From a virus: a DNA stretch of 64,000 nt. Where the stretch lies: IMG/VR virus record IMGVR_UViG_3300032070_000613, positions 32,001-96,000 of that record. One strand, given 5' to 3'. The notes below the pieces were generated by a model. The model was not told where the DNA came from. It searched no databases and worked only from the letters and a program-made list of their open reading frames with translations. A program made the translations under genes and the position numbers. Below are positions 57,876-64,000 of the stretch, piece after piece. Within the stretch, counting starts at the first letter, position 1; every line of letters starts with the position of its first letter.

Positions 57876-60800
57876 ATGGCGTGGTCAACTCTTACTTCTG
57901 GTGATAATACCCAAGGCGTAGTTGCTTCTGCAGCTCTCTTTTCTCATAAGGGTCTTATAGGAGAAATCCTAAAACCCGGCTCTTTCCAGCAAGCTGCTTT
58001 AAAATACAATCATGCTGCTATTATAGATAATCAAGGAATGATATGGACTTGGGGAACTAATACTTATGGTCAGATAGGAAATAATTCAGTAACAGCTGCT
58101 ACGTCACCTATCTCTATAGTTAGAACAGGCTCATATATTTTTGTTAAAACAGGTTATAGTTTTAGTTTAGCTATTGATGCCTCTACAGGTAATATATGGT
58201 CATGGGGTTATAACAACTATGGCCAGTTAGGGGATAGTACTACAACAAATAGATCGTCATCGGTGATCATAGTCAGAACGGCATCTTATTCTCAAATATC
58301 CGCTGGATATGATCATTCTCTGGCCATAGATGCTACCACCGGTAATATATGGGCATGGGGTTATAATAATGTTGGTCAGTTAGGTGATGGAACTACTAAT
58401 AATAAATCTTCTCCTATAGCCATAGTTCGAACTGCCTCTTTCTCACAGATATCCGCAGGTTATCAATATAGCTTAGCAATAGATGCTACTACCGGTAATA
58501 TATGGGCATGGGGTTATAATAATGTTGGTCAATTTGGAGATGGAACTACTAATAATAAATCTTCTCCTATATCTATAGCTAGAACATCATCTTATTTTAA
58601 AATATCTGCTGGATATAACCACAGTCTATCTATCGATGCCTCTACTGGGAATGTGTGGGCATGGGGTAGTAATGGGGCTAATCCAAATAGCACTAATTAT
58701 CTTGGTAAATTGGGTAATGCTCCAACAGTTTATAGTTACAAATCAATGACGTTTGGTTATTATTCTTTTATTCTTTTAGATTCAACAGGTACAATTTGGA
58801 CTGGCGGTGGTAATACTTATGGTCAAGTAGGTGATGGTACAGTTATTGATCGTTCATCTCCTGTCTTGATTTTGCGATCGGCTTCTTACTCTAGTGTCAC
58901 GGCTGGAGCGTATACGGCAATGGCTATTGATGGCTCTACTGGTAATATTTGGGCATGGGGTTATAATAGTTCAGGACGATTAGGTGATAATACTACACAA
59001 AACAGGTCTTCTCCTGTAGCTATAGCTAGAACAGCATCATATTCTGTATTAGCTCCTTTGTATAATAGTAATCATTGTTTAGCTATTGATGCTTCGACTG
59101 GAAATATCTGGGCATGGGGATACAATAATTATGGACAGCTTGGAATAAATACCACGACAAATAGGTCTTCTCCTGTAACAATAGTTAGAACTGCTTCCTA
59201 TGTAGCAATAGCTGCAGGACCAGATTACAGTTTGGCCATAGATGCTACTACTGGTAATATATGGGCATGGGGCAGAAATTCGTATGGACAGCTAGGAGAT
59301 AATACTACAACAACAAAATCTTCTCCAGTCGCAATAGTTCGCACAGATTCTTATATAGCTATATCTGCAGCAGGAGATAGTTCTGGGCTTGGTTATGGTG
59401 TTAGCATGGCTTTGAATAGTTCAGGTACCGTTTACTGCTGGGGATATAATAATTATGGTCAGATAGGAGATAACACCATAACAAATAGATCTTCTCCAGT
59501 TGCTATAGCTAGTAATTTATCTTTCTCACAAATATCAGCAGGTTCTTATCAGTGTTTTGCCATAGATATTTCTACTGGTAATATATGGGGTTGGGGTGCT
59601 AATTCTGGTTCAGACTTGGGTGATGGAACATTCATAAATCGATCTTCTCCTGTTATGCTAGCAAGACAAATATCGTTTTCTGCGGTTAAAGGTGCTCCTG
59701 TTATTCCATCAGCTATTGAAGCAGAAACTGGATTTTTATGGATATGGGGACAAAATCTATATTATTATGATAGTCAATTACAATATTTAGTTTCTGGAAA
59801 TTTTACAGATGTAGGTTGGTACTATACTTCATATACAGTGCCTCAGTTTATTAGTAAGAATATAGCATTAGATAACCAATCATCTCCTGTAGCTATTACA
59901 AGAACAGCTTCTTACTCCAATATTTCAGCAGGATATCAACATAGTTTAGCCGTAGATGCTACCACCGGTTCTGTTTGGTCTTGGGGACAAAATATTGCTG
60001 GCGAATCTGCTATTGGGTATAATAATTCATCAGTATTAGTCCCCACAGCTATAGCAGGAAGTCGTTCTTATAAAAGTTTAAAAATAGCATATCAATCTAC
60101 TTGGTTACTTGATTCATCTGATTATTTATATGAAGCTAAGGTTTTAGCTACTCCACCAAAAATTAAAAATGGTACTTTCTCTGATATGTGTTTAGGGACC
60201 TGGTGTTCCTATGTAATTGATAAAAATACAGGAAATATATTAGTGCAAGGAACTAATGAGTATGGACAATTAGGAGACAACACCACAGAGAATAGGTATG
60301 TTTTGGCATCAACTGCGAGAACAGCATCTTATTCTAAAATTGTTTGCTCGATGCAACCTCCGACTGCTACGACAATGTCAGCTATGGCTATCGACGCCTC
60401 GACTGGAATGATTTGGAGTTGGGGATATAATAATTACGGTCAGTTAGGAGATGGCACTAGAACTGATCGTTCGTCTCCTGTAGCAATACAAAGAACAGCT
60501 TCTTATATCAGCATAGCACGGGGATATGCTCATAGTTTAGCTATTGATGCGTCTGATGGATCAATATGGTCATGGGGACATAATGAGGAGGGTCAGTTAG
60601 GAGATAATACTACACGACATAGATCTTCTCCTGTATCTATAGTTCGATCTGGATCGTATAAAACTGTTACAGCAGGATTTACGTCTAGTTTTGCTATTGA
60701 TGCTTCGACGGGTATGGTATGGGCTTGGGGGCTTAATGTAGGTGGTCAGCTTGGCGATAATACTATAATAAATAAATCTTCTCCTGTATCTATAGCGAGG

Positions 60801-62474
60801 GTCGGGTCGTATTCAGAAGTTGTTTCAGGGTATTATACTAGTGGAGTGATCGATGCATCTACTGGTATGGTTTATATGTCTGGTAGTAATACTAATGCTA
60901 GTCTTGGGAATGGTACAAATATTAATAGATCTTCTCCAATAGGTATCAGTCGAATAGGATCTTATAGAAATCTTACTATCAGTAATGACCAATATATTAA
61001 TGGGGTCGGAGTAATTGATGCGGCAACAGGGTATGCTTTTGTGTGGGGTTTAGGTCTTGATGTACCTTTCCCAGGGACGTTACTTGCAAATGATTTTAGA
61101 TCGGGGCTTCTATGGTTTAATATTTCTCCTCAGCAAGTTATAAATACTAATTCGTTTGCTCAAATAGCTGCCGGATCTAGTGCATCTCTCTTTTTACCGC
61201 AGAATTATTCTGTATGGGCAAATTTTACCAAAGATACTATACATACAAATACAATGTCAGATGTTCATTTTACATCCACTTTTATTAACAATCCTGTTAG
61301 TTGGACATGGTACTTTGGAGATAGCACTTCAGTAGATGCAAACCCTACTCATGCTTTTACTATCTTTGGTTCACCTTTGCCTATTTCTTTAGTAGCACAA
61401 GGATCATTTGGAGATCCCTATACGGCTACTGATTCTATTAGTATATACTCACCTACTCAGATATCCAACAAAAACACAGTTTATATGTGTGGTTGGGGTA
61501 ATGCCTGGGCTTCGAATGGCTATGGGAATATTAATTTAAATTATCTCGCCCCACTAACTGCAACAGCAATAGATATAGGATATAGACAATTTACTAATCT
61601 ATTTATAGAGAAAGATACTAACTTTGTATGGGGGTTCGGTAATAATAATGCAGGTCAATTAGGAGATAATAGCTTAACTAATAGGACTATTCCTACTTTG
61701 ATTAAATCTGAATCATTTAGTAAAGTAGTTTGTGGCTATAATAATTCTGCTGTTATTGATTCTAATTATATGCTATATGTGACTGGATTAAATACCTATG
61801 GTCAAATTGGTGATGGAACAACTATTAATAGGTCTACTCATGTAGCTGTAGTTCGCACAGGATCTTATGCTGATACTGTTCTTAGTCTGTATCATTCGTT
61901 AGCTTTAGAAAAATCAACAGGAAATATCTGGGCGTGGGGTTATAATAACTACGGTCAGTTAGGTGATAATACTACACAAAATAGATCATCTCCTGTAGCT
62001 ATAGTTAAAACAAGTTCTTTTATTAAAGTTACAGCTGGAGATTATTTCTCAGCTGTTTTGGAAGATACAGGTATAGTATGGACATGGGGTTATAATAATT
62101 CCGGGCAATTAGGAATAAACAATGTTTCATCAATGTCATCTCCTATGAGCATAACACGATCTTCATCATACAGCGATATATCAGCTGGTAATTCGCATAT
62201 GCTAGCACTGGATGGTTATACTGGAATGATTTGGACTTGGGGTCTTAATACATCGGGTCAGTTAGGAGACGGCACTATTCAGAATAGATCTTCTCCTATA
62301 GCTATAATTAGAACAGCATCATATATAGCAATTGCGGCGGGGGTATCTACATCGTATGCTGTGGATTCTACTGGTCTTGTTTTTGGATGGGGTATTAATT
62401 CAAATAATGAAATTGGTAATTATTCTGCCATTAATTATTCATCTCCAGTTATAATAGCTAAGGTTACTTTTTAA
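57876..62474 (+). CDS. RCC1/BLIP-II repeat protein (about 4 propellers) with a PKD domain
   Basis: More than 20 copies of WAWGYNxxGQLGDxTxxNRSSPV..RTASY..ISAG..HSLAID; WTWYFGD PKD. Confidence 0.9.
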   Translation: MAWSTLTSGDNTQGVVASAALFSHKGLIGEILKPGSFQQAALKYNHAAIIDNQGMIWTWGTNTYGQIGNNSVTAATSPISIVRTGSYIFVKTGYSFSLAIDASTGNIWSWGYNNYGQLGDSTTTNRSSSVIIVRTASYSQISAGYDHSLAIDATTGNIWAWGYNNVGQLGDGTTNNKSSPIAIVRTASFSQISAGYQYSLAIDATTGNIWAWGYNNVGQFGDGTTNNKSSPISIARTSSYFKISAGYNHSLSIDASTGNVWAWGSNGANPNSTNYLGKLGNAPTVYSYKSMTFGYYSFILLDSTGTIWTGGGNTYGQVGDGTVIDRSSPVLILRSASYSSVTAGAYTAMAIDGSTGNIWAWGYNSSGRLGDNTTQNRSSPVAIARTASYSVLAPLYNSNHCLAIDASTGNIWAWGYNNYGQLGINTTTNRSSPVTIVRTASYVAIAAGPDYSLAIDATTGNIWAWGRNSYGQLGDNTTTTKSSPVAIVRTDSYIAISAAGDSSGLGYGVSMALNSSGTVYCWGYNNYGQIGDNTITNRSSPVAIASNLSFSQISAGSYQCFAIDISTGNIWGWGANSGSDLGDGTFINRSSPVMLARQISFSAVKGAPVIPSAIEAETGFLWIWGQNLYYYDSQLQYLVSGNFTDVGWYYTSYTVPQFISKNIALDNQSSPVAITRTASYSNISAGYQHSLAVDATTGSVWSWGQNIAGESAIGYNNSSVLVPTAIAGSRSYKSLKIAYQSTWLLDSSDYLYEAKVLATPPKIKNGTFSDMCLGTWCSYVIDKNTGNILVQGTNEYGQLGDNTTENRYVLASTARTASYSKIVCSMQPPTATTMSAMAIDASTGMIWSWGYNNYGQLGDGTRTDRSSPVAIQRTASYISIARGYAHSLAIDASDGSIWSWGHNEEGQLGDNTTRHRSSPVSIVRSGSYKTVTAGFTSSFAIDASTGMVWAWGLNVGGQLGDNTIINKSSPVSIARVGSYSEVVSGYYTSGVIDASTGMVYMSGSNTNASLGNGTNINRSSPIGISRIGSYRNLTISNDQYINGVGVIDAATGYAFVWGLGLDVPFPGTLLANDFRSGLLWFNISPQQVINTNSFAQIAAGSSASLFLPQNYSVWANFTKDTIHTNTMSDVHFTSTFINNPVSWTWYFGDSTSVDANPTHAFTIFGSPLPISLVAQGSFGDPYTATDSISIYSPTQISNKNTVYMCGWGNAWASNGYGNINLNYLAPLTATAIDIGYRQFTNLFIEKDTNFVWGFGNNNAGQLGDNSLTNRTIPTLIKSESFSKVVCGYNNSAVIDSNYMLYVTGLNTYGQIGDGTTINRSTHVAVVRTGSYADTVLSLYHSLALEKSTGNIWAWGYNNYGQLGDNTTQNRSSPVAIVKTSSFIKVTAGDYFSAVLEDTGIVWTWGYNNSGQLGINNVSSMSSPMSITRSSSYSDISAGNSHMLALDGYTGMIWTWGLNTSGQLGDGTIQNRSSPIAIIRTASYIAIAAGVSTSYAVDSTGLVFGWGINSNNEIGNYSAINYSSPVIIAKVTF

Positions 62475-63469
62475 TGTCTTCCTTAATATTAAGAGGTGGG
62501 CCGGGACTCAGAATTCTTTTAACAGAGAATGCTATAGCAACAGCTGATTTTTCCGGTACACCACTTTCAGGTGATGCTCCATTAACAGTTAATTTCACTG
62601 ATTTGTCTACGGGATCCCCTGCTTCATGGGACTGGGATTTCGGAGATGGCTCTTCGCATTCTACAGAGCAGTATCCTACTCACATTTATACGGTAGCTGG
62701 AGTTTATACAGTAATCCTATCTATTAATGGAGGGGCCAGTACTAAGACACAAACAGACTATATTACTGTAAATTTAGTAGCTGATCTTTCCGGCACCCCA
62801 ACTACCGGTAAAGTGCTTTTAACAGTTAATTTTACGGATCTGTCTACAGGAGTCCCTACATCATGGGACTGGAATTTCGGAGACGGTAGCTCTCACAGTA
62901 CAATTAAAAATCCGCAACATATCTATTCCACAGCAGGAACATATACGGTAATTTTGACCGCATCAAAAGGGGTGATATCTTCGATAGTAACAAAAACGAA
63001 TTATGTCACTGCTCGCATTAGATCTGGATTTTCAGGATTACCTGTTATTGGTCAGCTCCCTCTTATTGCTCAGTTCACTGATGAATCTTTAGGAGGAGGA
63101 ATCACTTCTTGGGCATGGGATTTTGGTGACGATACTTCTGTTATTAGATCGCAAAGTCCTCGTCATTATTATATGCGTCCCGGATCATACACCGTCAGCC
63201 TGACCGTTTCTAATGGAGTAGAATCCGACATTGAGACTAAAACAGGATATATAACCGTATCTCCATATACATTGAGTTTTTCCGGCACTCCCAGAACCGG
63301 TAATCCCCCCATAGCAGTACAATTTATAGATACCAGTACAGGAATAACTCCTGACGAAAAACTGTGGGAGTTTGGGGATGGGGACACATCTACAGAACAA
63401 AATCCGGTGCACGTCTATCGCAGATCTCAAGTTTATTCTGTAAAAATGACTGTGCGAAAAAATCTGTAA
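62474..63469 (+). CDS. 4x PKD-domain protein
   Basis: Four FSGTP..G..PL.V.FTD.S.G...W.FGD units. Confidence 0.9.
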   Translation: MSSLILRGGPGLRILLTENAIATADFSGTPLSGDAPLTVNFTDLSTGSPASWDWDFGDGSSHSTEQYPTHIYTVAGVYTVILSINGGASTKTQTDYITVNLVADLSGTPTTGKVLLTVNFTDLSTGVPTSWDWNFGDGSSHSTIKNPQHIYSTAGTYTVILTASKGVISSIVTKTNYVTARIRSGFSGLPVIGQLPLIAQFTDESLGGGITSWAWDFGDDTSVIRSQSPRHYYMRPGSYTVSLTVSNGVESDIETKTGYITVSPYTLSFSGTPRTGNPPIAVQFIDTSTGITPDEKLWEFGDGDTSTEQNPVHVYRRSQVYSVKMTVRKNL

Positions 63470-63546
63470 ATTTTTTGTGTTTTAAAAATGAATAAGAAAG
63501 TCAGAATAATCATTTAAATTAATCAGATTGATTCTATAGGTTTGAT

Positions 63547-64000
63547 ATGTATTATTTTTCTATCACTATAGATAAGACAAAAGTTCAAGGAACTAATTCT
63601 AATTTTATATATTTATTTGATGAATCTGCTAATAATGTTCCCGTCGGTTTTTGGTCGCATGTTGTAGATTCTAATGGTCTTGACATTCGTTTTTACGATA
63701 CAGATAGTTTAACGGAGCTCAAACGTGAAATTGTGCTATATTCATCTATTACAAATACAGTTGAAGCATGGATACAGATCCCCTCTATTAGTGATATTGT
63801 AGACAAAGTAATTTGGTGTAAATATGGAGAAAGCGTTATATCGAATTCTTCAGAAGTTTGGACAGACTCTGGAATAACTCAAGTCAATCATTTGAAATCT
63901 GATGGTTCTAATGTTGCTGATAGTGCTCATGGTATAACAGGTACACTTTTTCCCCCTGCTACATCATGCTCCGGTGTTATCCATGAAGGAGTGGACTGTA
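63547..64000 (+). CDS. DUF2341 protein, paralogue of 52896 (3'-truncated, missing from the ORF track)
   Basis: MYYFSITIDKTKVQGTNSNFIYLF...GFWSHVVDSNGLDIRFYDTDSLTELKREI; frame open to the window end. Confidence 0.8.
   Translation, partial: MYYFSITIDKTKVQGTNSNFIYLFDESANNVPVGFWSHVVDSNGLDIRFYDTDSLTELKREIVLYSSITNTVEAWIQIPSISDIVDKVIWCKYGESVISNSSEVWTDSGITQVNHLKSDGSNVADSAHGITGTLFPPATSCSGVIHEGVDC

Noticed and set aside
58320-58630. DGR template/variable repeat pair among near-identical RCC1 repeats
   Set aside because: Both copies are in-frame coding, differences are not adenine-specific, and no reverse transcriptase is in the window; an ordinary tandem duplication
589-63430. The many minus-strand and alternative-frame ORFs in the track (e.g. 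589-1230, 13958-14515, 48590-49198, 4825-5079)
   Set aside because: Nearly all are shadows of long + strand genes, with biased composition and no recognisable domains; 4825-5079 overlaps the more plausible minus-strand ORF
50590-63469. Archaeal S-layer locus or archaeal host suggested by the PKD repeats
   Set aside because: No signal peptides, the context is a contractile tail, and the SLT domain implies a peptidoglycan target; PKD domains are widespread
1-64000. Stop-codon reassignment as in some large phages
   Set aside because: Code 11 gives dense full-length ORFs up to 11 kb, and TAA, TAG and TGA all end genes at sensible boundaries

Overview
This window is almost entirely a + strand virion morphogenesis module for a very large contractile tail, most likely from a jumbo myophage. 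No capsid, portal or terminase gene lies inside the window, so an extracellular contractile injection system is not formally excluded. Gene order: LamG and beta-helix fibre genes, neck protein, membrane protein, Zn-finger/Pro-Glu repeat protein, coiled-coil plus actin-fold ATPase pair, a structured GC-richer intergenic element, tail terminator, FmdB Zn ribbon, sheath, acidic protein, tube, two chaperones, tape measure, tube initiators (one fused to an SLT lytic transglycosylase), hub, spike, putative tip, a 3702-aa baseplate/fibre protein, gp25-like and baseplate-J wedge proteins, then an adhesin cassette (BNR, collagen, PKD, LamG, RCC1) interrupted by two glycosyltransferases. The best novel candidate is a ~130-nt multi-stem RNA (7951-8088) with complementary terminal loops (CUGGAAG/CUUCCAG), its own copy of a recurrent CTNTTAAT promoter motif and a U-tail, lying directly behind the actin-like gene. 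Other candidates: the actin/coiled-coil module inside the structural cluster, a putative virion glycosylation system (GT8/GT9 plus pervasive GxTG motifs), a LamG domain split over two genes, and a nested RCC1 propeller. All product calls come from motif recognition and synteny by eye; no searches were run.
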